A DNA stretch of 63,474 nucleotides, the filler included, from Octopus bimaculoides (taxonomy: Eukaryota): NCBI RefSeq assembly GCF_001194135.2. It is 6 parts of 6 records of this genome, joined end to end, with 100 filler letters (N's around TTAATTAATTAA, not from the genome) between each part and the next. Parts side by side here need not be neighbours in the genome. Positions count along the whole stretch, not along the records: positions 14,697 to 43,759 come from NC_068999.1; positions 43,860 to 53,911 come from NC_069000.1; 4 more parts are not named here. One strand, written 5' to 3'. This document shows positions 37,532 to 50,440 of the stretch, in pieces. Under the pieces are notes generated by a model that was given only the letters and a program-made list of their open reading frames with translations, ran no database searches and was not told where the DNA came from. Position 1 is the first letter of the stretch. Each line of letters begins with the position of its first letter. Made by a program: the position numbers and the translations under genes.

Positions 37532-39455
37532 NNNNNNNNNNNNNNNNNNNNNNNNNNNNNNNNNNNNNNNNNNNNNNNNNNNNNNNNNNNNNNNNNNNNN
37601 NNNNNNNNNNNNNNNNNNNNNNNNNNNNNNNNNNNNNNNNNNNNNNNNNNNNNNNNNNNNNNNNNNNNNNNNNNNNNNNNNNNNNNNNNNNNNNNNNNNN
37701 NNNNNNNNNNNNNNNNNNNNNNNNNNNNNNNNNNNNNNNNNNNNNNNNNNNNNNNNNNNNNNNNNNNNNNNNNNNNNNNNNNNNNNNNNNNNNNNNNNNN
37801 NNNNNNNNNNNNNNNNNNNNNNNNNNNNNNNNNNNNNNNNNNNNNNNNNNNNNNNNNNNNNNNNNNNNNNNNNNNNNNNNNNNNNNNNNNNNNNNNNNNN
37901 NNNNNNNNNNNNNNNNNNNNNNNNNNNNNNNNNNNNNNNNNNNNNNNNNNNNNNNNNNNNNNNNNNNNNNNNNNNNNNNNNNNNNNNNNNNNNNNNNNNN
38001 NNNNNNNNNATATATGCATATATATATATAATTCAAAGAGAGTGCGATTTTGTGAATACAACCAACTAAGGGATAGTATCTCTCCCATATACAGCTGGTA
38101 GAATACCTAATTAATAGAGAAGTGTTGATTATTTCATGGTAATTACACTACTCATTATAATAATTAGGTGAGGTAATAAGTGGTTTTACCCTTAATTTAT
38201 ATGGCAAGAATAATATGGAGGGAATCCAGAGGTAGTATTCCCCAGCTGTTAGACATATACTATGTGAATTTATTTATTTTAAACTGTTCATATAATATAT
38301 ATAAATGAATGTGTAAACTATGAGTAATTTCTAGAATAGAGTAAGACGAACTGTTTAAAATAAATAAATAGACATAATAATTGTCTAACAGCTGAGCAAT
38401 ACTAACTCTGGATACCCTCTATTTTCTTCCTGCCATACATACACACACAGACACACACACATTCATATATCATATATATATATGTATGTATATGTATATA
38501 TATATGTATATATACATATATACATGTATACACACATACGTTTGTGTGTGTGTGTGTGTGCGTATAAATTAATTAAAAAAATTCATGTTGAAGCTGGTTA
38601 ATTGGATATATTATGGGGGAATAATTTCCCAGGAAGGAGTTACATTCCAACGCGCTGATAGAGCCATTGACAATTGGACGTTTTGGTATTTAAAAAGCGT
38701 TTTGGAATTTTTTAAAATCCTTATTAGTAAATATATATATTTAAACAAATATGTATGGTATAGGTGTGTGCGTGCGTTTGTAATTCATAATAGTTGTTCT
38801 TGGTAGCGGTGTTGAAGTTTAGGTGAACTAGGACATATATAGATAGAGGGAGATAAATTGAAAGAGAGAGACAGAGAGTAAGTTCGCGTGTGTTTATTAA
38901 AATATGGAAGCCAACAAAAATTGACATATCAAAAACTGTTATTTAATTATGAAGTTATTTTATCGCGTCATCCATTTCTGGGCGTAATACTTATGGTCAA
39001 TACAACGATGTAAATAAAGGAAAACATAACCGTTACCAAATACAATTGATAAAAATGTTATATAAAAACCTAAAATTACCTTTAACTTAGTTTAATAATT
39101 ATGTTATAAAATATCAATGACATGTTCTTGAGAAACGTACGTAATTAAATTTAAAGCAAATGACAATGTGACATTCCTGTTGGTGAAATTTCTGGAATAG
39201 CGGTTTTCACCAGTGTATCAAACTTCAAACGTATTCGGTTTGAGGTAATGGCCTTTTAGCTTTGACGAGGTAGTAGAGCAGACTACACTGTATGGCTACT
39301 AATTTCGCATGAAATGGGCATGTAATCGTGTTTGTTTAATTAAATGTGCATTGCGAATATTATAGACATTAACATTTTCAATGTCTTTCAATAATTTTTG
39401 GAAATTGTCAATGTTAGTTTCATGTCCGTTTTCGATAAACGTTCATTCTCTTCAG

Positions 39456-39619
39456 GAATATTCGATAATTCTACACGAGTAATAAATATTTATCTAGAAC
39501 ATTATGAGCCCCTTTCCTTCACAAACTACTTAATCGTAGATCCAAAGGTGGTTGAATCGGATTACCTACATCTTTCGGTATCATGGTTTGATTTTGTTTT
39601 GGGGCCGGGATATAGTTAA
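39456..39619 (+). CDS. Candidate phase-1 exon, possibly terminal, unknown product
   Basis: Acceptor ttcattctcttcag; frame IFDNSTRVINIYLEHYEPLSFTNYLIVDPKVVESDYLHLSVSWFDFVLGPGYS*. Confidence 0.2.
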
Positions 39620-41289
39620 TTTTTTCTTTCTGTGAAAGTGTATACCGGTTGATTATCGTCGCACACACATATATGTATATTTATTNNNNNNNNNNNNNNN
39701 NNNNNNNNNNNNNNNNNNNNNNNNNNNNNNNNNNNNNNNNNNNNNNNNNNNNNNNNNNNNNNNNNNNNNNNNNNNNNNNNNNNNNNNNNNNNNNNNNNNN
39801 NNNNNNNNNNNNNNNNNNNNNNNNNNNNNNNNNNGTGTGTGTGTGTGTGTGTGTGTATGTGTGTGGGCGTGTTTCTGTGTGTGTGTCTGTGTGTCTGTGT
39901 AAATATATACACGCACACACACACACGCACAGATACATACACATATATTTATCCCACCAGGAAGGATGTTGTCGATTACGGTGAAATATACCTCACTATT
40001 ATCTTGAAAATATTCATTGAATGATCTGATAAAGCATTGATGTATCTTACATGTTTTTAATAGTTTAATATCCGTTGTATAATGTGAGTTATATCGGTTA
40101 AATGCACCATTTATGAAGTTAACATTTATGAAAATTATCGCACAAACACACACACACACTCAGACACACGCGTGCCCACATACGCAGATCCACAAACGCA
40201 CGTGCCTCTTCTGGAATCACAATCGTGTACAGTGGTGAGCGTCTTAAGATAAGATGATACTTAGAGTACCATCTCACGACGATATTTAGAGTACACAGAA
40301 AACATATATCTTACAAACATTGTATAACCAGAGAAGAAAAAGGAATCCTGTACTTATGTATGCCGTATATGAAAACACATGATATCGACTTAGAATCAAA
40401 CGGATAAATTCAATTTTATAATTTCATAACATTGTATTGCAAATACAGACAACTTTTACATTTTTACTGATATCTCACGTGCGGCTTATATGTAACATTA
40501 GTTGCTGAGATATCTGAAAGACGAAAGGCGAGATGTGGTTTCAATAAAACAGTATAGTTTTGGTTATTGTAACTACATACGTTCGGCAATTGTCAACAAA
40601 TCATTTAATTATTTATTCTTCTTGCCATTGAACGTATTGTGTTTGAATTGATTAGTAAGGAGGAAATAGATGTTGCTGTTTTTCCCATAGCTTAACGTTT
40701 TTTTCTAAGCTACTTATAATATTTCGTTCATATCTTATCATTCATTCAACAAAATTTGGTAAATAGTTGTACGTTATACATTTATACCACATGGACACTG
40801 AGATATAAATTGTTGTACATGGATGTTTAAACATTCATGAGATCTTGTTGAACGTACAATATATCGCCATCATTATATGCATAATATTCCTTGACAGAAG
40901 ACGGCGAGCTGGCAGGATCGTTAGTACAACGATCGAAATGCAGTATGTCACTCGTCTTTATGATCTGAGTTCAAATTCCGCCGAGGNNNNNNNNNNNNNN
41001 NNNNNNNNNNNNNNNNNNNNNNNNNNNNNNNNNNNNNNNNNNNNNNNNNNNNNNNNNNNNNNNNNNNNNNNNNNNNNNNNNNNNNNNNNNNNNNNNNNNN
41101 NNNNNNNNNNNNNNNNNNNNNNNNNNNNNNNNNNNNNNNNNNNNNNNNNNNNNNNNNNNNNNNNNNNNNNNNNNNNNNNNNNNNNNNNNNNNNNNNNNNN
41201 NNNNNNNNNNNNNNNNNNNNNNNNNNNNNNNNNNNNNNNNNNNNNNNNNNNNNNNNNNNNNNNNNNNNNNNNNNNNNNNNNNNNNNNNN

Positions 41290-41322
<33 letters not shown>

Positions 41323-42689
41323 AATCAGAGATATCAGACCCATTGAATAATAAGCCCACTTTCATAGAATACAGTTACTCCTAACCCAAGCTAGATTCTG
41401 GGGTGTTGCAGGATTATTCAAAGTTACCATCTGAATGGAGCAACGTAAAATGAAATGTATCGTTTCACTGAAGAACACAAAAACAATCGAAACCAAAATC
41501 TTTCTACCGTGGGACCAAAATTATTAACGACTTTGTTACGCGCTCCTACATAACCACTCATACGCACATACACACACAGCCACCATATTATATATATATA
41601 CATCTCGTAAATATGACGAAGAAGAAGAATACAAACCACACAATAGGAGCAAAGTTTAAATTACCTCAACACTTGAATGGAAAAAGAAAAGCCTGAGAAA
41701 AATAGGAGTAGCAATGAGTAATAGGCTGTGGGAAAACAGGCGCAGGGTAAGAAAGAAGATGAGAGATGTCGTCTTGGAAACGTGAGTATTATGGGAAACT
41801 TGGTTATTAATGTCTTTCTCTAAACTGATCATAAATAGGATTGATGTATTTTTCTTTCTGTGAAATAGGCGTATATGTGATTTGTGCATGAGCATACAGG
41901 CACTGTGGTTAGTGGGGTGGGCAGTGTTGGTGTGCGAATATAATTGTTAATTGGGTCCTAAAAAATCATTCATAGCGCTGTGTAAGCCTAATTAGTATTT
42001 GTGGTCGATACCGAGTAACAACGCAAAATCGCTTCCCAAAATCCGGATAAGTTATTCGTAGTCCCATACTTTTCTCATATGTTGTCTTTTATGAGAACTT
42101 TCTCAACAGATTTCTTCCGCGGCGAAATTTCTTCCTAGAATGAAATGCAGATGGACAACTTGATTATTATTGTATATGCATATATGATGTTCAAAATTGC
42201 TTTAAGCGTCTCTGTTTCATTGACTCTCTATTTTGACCGTCTTCGCGCCAAACAGAGTTTTGTCTTTGTTGTGCCTGTAATATAACGAGAACCGTTCTTA
42301 TAGTACTACAAACTTGCAAACGATTATTAACTGTTCGTAGCTTAAAGTACCCTTGAAAAGAATATTATGGGACTGTTTTTGCAGCAAAAGATTCGGTTCT
42401 ATGAGAGTACACACAATGAGTTAATACCTTCTATTCAACGCTGCTTCGTTTGACACTCTTTCTTTCTCTCTCTCTCACTCTCTGACACATACACACCCAT
42501 ACACATGTGAATATATGTATATTGAAAAGCTCTATGAAAAGTGATTATATCTGTAGCTACATACAAACTGCAACATGACCCACAGACTAGGATTTCACAA
42601 TTTTTTAGCGGTCCATGTGGTTGCAAATACTTTGTGAAATACTTTGATTTTGATATGTAGCCATTTTGTCAGCCCACTACATTAATATT

Positions 42690-42850
42690 GGTTCTAAACT
42701 TTAACAAAAAGTCAGTAATGTCGAAGGGAGGGCATTTATTTTATCGACCTGGAACGGGTGAAATGTAAAGTCGGCCTCCGCAGCATTTGAATTCAGAAAA
42801 CTACATTAAGATTTTACGCGGCGTGCAAATGAGTCTGCCATCTCGCAATC
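42690..42850 (-). mobile_element. Degenerate family B SINE
   Basis: ttattttatcgacctggaacgggtgaaatgtaaagtcggcctcc...tttgaattcagaa. Confidence 0.6.
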
Positions 42851-43605
42851 TTGTTCACTCACTTCATATATAACATGTATGTGATTAATTCAATAGCATA
42901 TATATATTATTAAGAATGCCCTGTATTAATATGCGTTACAAATTTTACTATTCTACAATAGTTACATTTAATCAGGTTGAAGAGACTAAAACAAACAGAT
43001 GGAAGACAAATAACACAAAGAAGCGTTTTTTTTATTCTTCTTAAGTGAATGGCAAATATAAAATTGGAATTTCTCAGATTCTTCTACATATTTTGGATTT
43101 GAACACATTAATACTCAGACCGACGTAACTTCTTGTCAATGTTGTACGTTACTATACTTCAAGCTATGATTAATATATATAAAATGTCGCTTTCTATATT
43201 TGGAATTCTACGTTATCCGTTTAAAAGATTAGTTATTAATTAGCCATAGGCCTCACCAAACTTTTCATCTCATAAACATTAGGAAAATACATTTGTTGTT
43301 ACAGTTACTTTTGTACGTATATGAAATTTTACTAAAAACAAAGAAGATTACAATATATTTAACCTTTTTCTTCCAGATTATAAATGATATGAAATTCTAG
43401 TGAAACGATGTGAATATTGCAAGAATTCAGATTCCATATTGTATTTGATGTTGTAGATCATAGTAGTATAAAAATTAACGTAAATTTTCACTTGCATGAC
43501 TATCTATTAAGACTGGCAATAAAACTTTTTCACAGTTTATCCTACACTTGAATTAAACTACGCTATATTAAAAGTTGCATAAGTGCACAATTATTATTAT
43601 TATTA

Positions 43606-43663
<58 letters not shown>

Positions 43664-43664
<1 letters not shown>

Positions 43665-43759
43665 TTATGTTTGACTTTTGTTTTGCATTTGTACAAGTTG
43701 GATCCAAGTCTCACCCAGAGACCTCAAAAGACAACAAGTTAGAAGTTCGTGTAGGTGTT
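43664..43759 (-). mobile_element. 3' end of an R4/Dong-like element, cut by the scaffold end
   Basis: Reverse complement matches 53390-53478 and is followed by (TAA)n at 43590-43663. Confidence 0.8.
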
Positions 43760-43859
43760 NNNNNNNNNNNNNNNNNNNNNNNNNNNNNNNNNNNNNNNNN
43801 NNNTTAATTAATTAANNNNNNNNNNNNNNNNNNNNNNNNNNNNNNNNNNNNNNNNNNNN
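43760..43859. other. Artificial scaffold-joining spacer
   Basis: 44 N + TTAATTAATTAA + 44 N. Confidence 0.95.
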
Positions 43860-43910
43860 AAAATCAATTTATAAAAAATTCAAATTAAATTGAGCTTTAT
43901 AAATTAAAAT

Positions 43911-44250
43911 ATATATAAAAATATATAGTTTTAGGGAAAAGAGCCAAGTTTCAAGAACTCATCGATGAAAATCCACTATCACATATAGAAAAATTAATAA
44001 TTAAAAGCACAATAAATGAGTATTATACAAAACAAAGTAAATATCATAAGATAAAGATAATAAAATGACTACACGTGTTTCATAACTAAATTTCATTTTA
44101 TTATCTTTATCTTATGATATTTACTTTGTATTATACTATACTCATTTATTGTGTTTTTAATTATTAATTTTTCTATATGTGATGGTAGATTTTCATCGAT
44201 GAGTTCTTGAAACTTGGTTCTTTTCCCTAAAACTATATATTTTTATATAT
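43911..44250. repeat. Long near-perfect palindrome (158-bp arms, 24-nt loop)
   Basis: 43911-44068 is the reverse complement of 44093-44250 with about ten mismatches; TA-rich ends. Confidence 0.95.
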
Positions 44251-44809
44251 CTATATATGTATGCATGCATGCGAACATTTGTATATATGAACGTATGTAT
44301 GTATGAATGTGTCTCCTGGTTTTGACATCACACATTACATGCAAATAAGTGTTACTCTCATCAAGTGGTTTTCCTTATTTCCAATATTGCATGGAAACTT
44401 ATCTAGCCATAGGGAAAATTTACCTTCTTTCGAAACAGATGAGATTCAGCAACATAAATGAACCTGGTTATACAAAATCTCCTTTGAGAAGTTTCATCTG
44501 GTCCATTGCAAGCATGGATAAATAGATGTTAAAAGGAGCATGAATCAAAGATATATATACATAAATATATACACATGCATACACACATACATACGTACAT
44601 ACATGCATACGTTCATACATACATCATACATATGTTTATAAATTTAGGTGCATAAGTGGCTGTATGGTAAGTAGCTTGCTTACTAACCACATGGTTCTAG
44701 GTTCAGTCCTACTGTGTGGCACCTTGGCCAAGTGTCTTCTACTAAAGCCTCAGACTGACCAAAGCCTTGTGAGTGGATTTGGGAGATGGAAACTGAAAGA
44801 AGCCTGTAG

Positions 44810-44853
<44 letters not shown>

Positions 44854-44856
<3 letters not shown>

Positions 44857-46096
44857 GGTGTTTCAAAAATTTGATATAATTTCACTATCACATGACTTTA
44901 AATTTTAACAGCATATGTAGAAACAGGTCAAAATTTTATGTTTAATGTCCAATATGTTTATCTTTTCAGGTATTGAAATGGCATTCACTGGAAGAGAAAA
45001 GGTGTTTTGTGTGTTGGAGTATGCTTGAACTCAGTCGAACAAGACTGTGCAGTGTGCATTTGTGAGAGAGTTCTCTAAAAAGTCACCAACAGCAACACAG
45101 ATTTGGACATGGCACAAAAAATTCAAAGAGGAAGGCTGTCTGTGCAGGGCAACAGGATCTGGACGACCTACAACAGTTTGGCGCATCCTGAGGAAATGCT
45201 TGCTAATGAAACCCTACAAGCTGCAGCTCATTCAGGCCATAACGGCAGATCACAAACAAAGGCGCAAACAATTCTGTGTTGATATGCAAGAGAAACTTGA
45301 AGAAGCCAAGTTCAAGGAACATCTTGTTTTCAGTGATGAGGCCACATTTCATACAAATGGCAAAGTCAATAAGTATAATGTTCACATTTGGGGGCAAAGA
45401 AAATCCCCATGCTACAGTTCAGCATGAGAGGGACTCACTAAAAGTGAATGTATTCTACACCATCTCCAAGAAGCATCTTCATGGTCCAGTTTTCTTTGAG
45501 GGAAATGTGACCAGCAATGTTTATCTGCAAATGCTTTAGAACTGGATAATGGATGAGCTCATTACAAATGAACATGAAGACTTCGTTTTTCAACAAAACA
45601 GGGCTCCACCTCACTGGAAGCTCACTGTGCAGGCTTATCTAATGACAATCTGTGAAAGAGATGGATCGGGCATGCTGGTGATGAAGACAATGTGCTGTTG
45701 AAATGGCCACCACATTCACCTGACCTGAAACCTTGCGATTTCTTTCTCTGGGGTTATGTGAAGAGCCTGGTCCATGTCTCTCTTCTTCCTGCAAACCTAG
45801 AGAAACTCAAGCAAAGAATCACTACTGCACTGGAGACTGTTACCCAAGATATGCTGCAGCACGTTTGGGAAGAGCTGGACTACCGACTTGGTGTGCGCCG
45901 TGTTTCAGGCAGTGCACATATTGAACATTTGTGAAATCATCCATGGAATCCACATACCTTTGGATTTCTCATTCAGATTTGGAGAAATAAATCTTATGTT
46001 GCTCAACATTAAGCCTGTTTAGTTTCATTTGCTTTGACTATGTAGTTTCCATGATATTTAGATCTGGAATGATATCAAATATTTTGAAACACCCTG
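44854..46096 (+). mobile_element. Tc1/mariner DNA transposon (DD41D/rosa-related), both termini present, inactive
   Basis: ~30-bp imperfect TIRs starting CAGGGTGTTTCAAAA, TA on both flanks, transposase remnants inside. Confidence 0.95.
44978..45934 (+). pseudogene. DDD transposase pseudogene
   Basis: MAFTGREKVFCVLEYA*...GSGRP [deletion] VWRILRK...VFSDEATFH...FQQNRAPPH...RWIG...WPPHSPDLKPCDFFLWGYVK; stops, frameshifts, and the second catalytic D changed to N. Confidence 0.92.
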
Positions 46097-46369
46097 TATA
46101 TATATATATATTATGTATGTATGTGTGTTTATATGTTTGTGTGTCTGTGTTTTCCCCCCAAACATCACTTGACAACCAATGCTGGTGTGCTTATATCCCC
46201 ATAACTTAGCGGTTCAGCAAAAGAGTCTGATAGAATAAGTACTAGGCTTCAAAAGAATAAGTCCTGGAGTCGATTTGTTCTGCTAAAGGTGGTGCTCCAG
46301 CATGGCTGCAGTGAAATGACTGAAACAAGTAAAAGAAATAAAAGAATATCATAATTGTTTCTATAGGCG

Positions 46370-46560
46370 CAAGTACAGAAATTTTCAGTGAAAGGGATTA
46401 GCTGTTTAAGTCAACTGCAGTACTCAATTACTACCTATTTTATTGACTCCAAAAGGATGAAAGACAAAGCTGACTTCAACAGAATTTGAACAGAATGTAA
46501 AGCCAGGAGGAATGTGACAATGCATTTTGTCCAGTGTGCTGAGGATTCTGCCAGTTAGTC
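46370..46560 (-). mobile_element. CpG-decayed family B SINE
   Basis: aaaaggatgaaagacaaagctgacttcaacagaatttgaac...gattctgccag. Confidence 0.7.
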
Positions 46561-46644
46561 ACTTTCCATATGTATGATATAACATCATATAATATCATAT
46601 ATTTGTGTATTATATATAATAATATAATAACATGATTATTTATT

Positions 46645-46689
<45 letters not shown>

Positions 46690-46694
46690 GTATA

Positions 46695-46828
46695 AGCTGG
46701 AACTCAACTGACAAAAGAAAATTCCAAATGACCCGTCCTTGTTTTTTCTTGTCCTTTTTTTGTATCATCTGTCTGGATGTTTTGTTGTCACCTGTTACGT
46801 TCTCATCCCATTTTATGTATTCTTTTAT
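46695..46828 (+). repeat. Dispersed repeat family E, second copy at 60655-60800
   Basis: ctggaactc.actga...aagaaaa.tcc.aatgacccgtc.ttgtttt...tgtatc.tctgtctggatgttt is shared. Confidence 0.75.
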
Positions 46829-47089
46829 ANNNNNNNNNNNNNNNNNNNNNNNNNNNNNNNNNNNNNNNNNNNNNNNNNNNNNNNNNNNNNNNNNNNNNNN
46901 NNNNNNNNNNNNNNNNNNNNNNNNNNNNNNNNNNNNNNNNNNNNNNNNNNNNNNNNNNNNNNNNNNNNNNNNNNNNNNNNNNNNNNNNNNNNNNNNNNNN
47001 NNNNNNNNNNNNNNNNNNNNNNNNATATATTCTTTTACTCTTTTACTTGTTTCAGTCATTTAAATGCAGCCATACTGGAGCACTGCCTT

Positions 47090-47122
<33 letters not shown>

Positions 47123-47388
47123 TGTGTGTGTGTGTATGTGTATGTGTGTGTGTGTGTGTGTGTGTGGTATATATTTATTTATGAACACACACTCACCCAC
47201 GCACAACCATAGACATACACTATTGAACAAACATTATATATTTGGCTAAAACTTCTCATCTACATATCATGTTGACAGTAACGATTTGTCGGTTAATTTA
47301 AGATTGAATTTTGCGACAAGCTTAATTGCTTTTTTCATTATTGCATGTAAATTGGAAATTTGACTAAGCTTGTATCATGTTCTCTCTC

Positions 47389-47438
<50 letters not shown>

Positions 47439-48209
47439 GTCACGGAATACACACTGCATTGTCAAAATGTAGAGCGCTCACATACATATATACACATACT
47501 CACGCACACACACACACACACATACACAAACACACAACGCATACACACTCATACACTCATACATATACACACCTTCTGGTTAGCTAATCTCTTACCTTGG
47601 TGGTGTTGGTGTTGTTGTTGTTGGTGATAGTGGTAGCAGCAGCAGCAGCAGTAGTAGTAGTTGCAGTAGTAGTTATTGCTGTTGTTGGATCTAATCTTAT
47701 GTAAGTGGTGGTGGTGATGATCATGGTGTTATTGTTTTTGTTGTTGTTATTGTTATTTGTTTTTTTTTTAAATGGATGAGTTGAGTGAGGAAGAAATGAG
47801 ATGTGTTGAATTTCCTCATTTATCATTCTTTTTAATATATCTATGTGTGTGTGTGTGTGCATGTGTGTGTACACGTGGGTGCGTTTACATGTTTGTATGT
47901 GCATATTTATCATAGCTGTTGTCAACAAGATCATCACCACTACCACACCACCACCATAATCATAATCATCATCATCATCACAACTACCATCATTATCTTC
48001 ATTATTGTCATCATCGTTTTTGTTGTTGCCATCATCATCACCATCAATATCACTACCACCCTGTCATCACCATCATCATCACCATCATCATCGTCGTCGT
48101 CATCATCATCATTATCATCATTGTCCCTTTCAACTTGTTACTATTTCCATGATGCATTTAGCTTCTTGAATCCATTAATTCTTTGCTTGTCTATCCCTAC
48201 AGTGGTCAC

Positions 48210-48466
48210 CTCTGCTAAGTATATAAAAATGTCTAAACCAACACTGGTCACTTATGTTAAACACATGACATGTCTACATAACTGTTCATATTTGTCACAT
48301 GTCTTCACTAGAATCAGTCGCCTCCACCAAACACATTGCATGTCTACACTCTCTGCAAACCATATCATACTTCTAAGCCAGCACTGGTTATATCTGTTAA
48401 ACACATCACATGTCTACACTAGAACTATCATTTCTGCTAAACACATCATATGTCTACACTAGAACT
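48210..48466. repeat. Degenerate ~39-bp minisatellite
   Basis: Recurrent taaacacatcacatgtctacactagaact. Confidence 0.7.
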
Positions 48467-48732
48467 TTGGGACAGAATGCAAATCCTTAATTCATACGCT
48501 ACAAATGATTGTGATATCAGGGACTATAAAAATTAGTAAGACCTTCTTAAGATTTCAAGGATAATGGTTAAAACAAGATATTTTCCTTCAAAACCTTGCT
48601 ACCTAGTCAAAATTTATTCTAAACTAAACGGAAAAGAGAATAAAATAAATACATACATACATACACATATACACACAGGTGCGTGTTCACACACACACAC
48701 ACACACATAGATAGATAGATAGAGAGACAGAC

Positions 48733-48777
<45 letters not shown>

Positions 48778-49156
48778 CATACATACATACATACATACAT
48801 ACATACATACATACATGCACATTTGTATCTTTGTTTAAAAATACAACTGGAAAGGCTGCAAACCAATTTGACAATGATGTCATTATCTCATTGGCATAGG
48901 AAAGGAACAGATGATGGTTTTTATGATAAGATGAAACTATAGCTGAAAAACCTTTAAATATATTTCTAAGTCCTTTCTACGTTAGGAGAGAATTAACAGA
49001 CATCACTCCTTTGTATTATTGAACACTTATTTAAATAGATATTAGGAACTAAGTATACTTTAAGCTGAATGTGGGGAGACACTATAAACCACCCATCTTC
49101 ATAAGCTGGAGAATGCAAGAACACTGCACCCTTTGTGTATTCTGTATTCACTCAAT

Positions 49157-49541
49157 GTAGGGGCGCAATGGCCCAGTGGTTAGGGCAGCGGACTCGCGGT
49201 CATAGGATCGCGGTTTCGATTCCCAGACCGGGCGTTGTGAGTGTTTATTGAGCGAAAACACCTAAAAGCTCCACGAGGCTCCGGCAGGGGATGGTGGCGA
49301 ACCCTGCTGTACTCTTCCACCACAACTTTCTCTCACTCTTACTTCCTGTTTCTGTTGTGCTTGTAATTCAAAGGGTCAGCCTTGTCACACTCTGTCATGC
49401 TGAATATCCTTGAGAACTACATTAAGGGTACACGTGTCTGTGGAGTGTTCAGCCACTTGCACATTAATTTCACGAGCAGGCTGTTCCATTGATCGGATCA
49501 ACTGGAACCCTCGACGTCGTAAGCGATGGAGTGCCAACAAC
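49157..49541 (+). mobile_element. Full-length tRNA-derived SINE family C with target site duplication
   Basis: A box tggcccagtgg, B-box-like gtttcgattcc; 11-bp TSD attcactcaat at 49146-49156 and 49542-49552. Confidence 0.9.
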
Positions 49542-49794
49542 ATTCACTCAATATTTCCTTCACTGTTCTGAATGAATTCACTAATTAGTGGATGAATATG
49601 TGAATTAACATTGGTCAGAGAACCACTAAATTTCAAATCAAATATATGGCCTATCAGTGTTGTTTATAGTGATATTTCCATGGTGGTAGTCACCACTTGA
49701 CTGATTATATAATGCAGGTTTAATCCTCTGTAAACACATGTAACCACCATCTCTTTTCTGAAGAGCACCAAAAAAGAATTTTGTACTAGATCTA

Positions 49795-49953
49795 TTATTG
49801 GCACTCCGTTGCTCCTGACGTCGAGGGTTCTAGTTGATCTGATCAAAGGAACAGCCTGCTCGTGAAATTAACGTGCAAGTGGCTGAGCACTCCACAGACA
49901 CGTGTACCCTTAACGTAGTTCTCTGGGATGTTCAGCATGACAGAGTGTGACAA
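49795..49953 (-). mobile_element. 5'-truncated family C SINE
   Basis: Reverse complement of 49381-49540. Confidence 0.9.
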
Positions 49954-50028
49954 CTATAATAGCTATTTATAGCTATGTTATGTTCAGAGAAAAAAGTTTA
50001 CTGAAATTATATAAATTAATGTGCTCTA

Positions 50029-50440
50029 TTACTTAAATTTTTTAAAAAGAAAACATTGTTTGTGTAAGCAATTAAAACTTCTTTCTTGTCTAGTGTTAAC
50101 TAATTTATTTTTCAAAGTAAATATTTGGTTTAATTCCTCTAGGCACAAATTGCATTTTTCATCTCCTATTCTTTTAAGTTTTGCAATACTAATAATTTCC
50201 CATTTTAATAAATATTTAACATTTTCATCCTTAAGCAACCATATAAGCTTGCTAAGACTTGTTGAAAATTTTCTAGTATCATTTCTTAATTAACTTTCAT
50301 AATTTGTTATCCTGTGTTTTATAAAGCATGAGCTAACACCAATGTAGTAATATTTATTTTTATCTGTAGTGACTACACATCTTTAGATGACATTTCTTAC
50401 TTTACAATCATTTTAAAATTTGCATTGCATTCTCCTAGCA
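50029..50440 (-). pseudogene. Penelope-like element GIY-YIG endonuclease remnant
   Basis: NVI*RCVVTTDKNKYYYIGVS...STSLSKLIWLLKDENVKYLLKWEII...CNLCLEEL...LVNTRQE...CLHK. Confidence 0.8.

Larger units (their letters stand above)
44645..46330 (+). mobile_element. SINE family A split by the mariner insertion
   Basis: Head at 44645-44810 then (TA)n; body and tail resume at about 46100-46330. Confidence 0.85.

Noticed and set aside
44195-44225. CGAUGA...GAAAC in the palindrome arms as a ribozyme
   Set aside because: The core is incomplete and stems I and II cannot be folded.
49160-49235. tRNA gene
   Set aside because: A and B boxes are present, but no acceptor stem forms and the sequence continues into a SINE body with a TSD.
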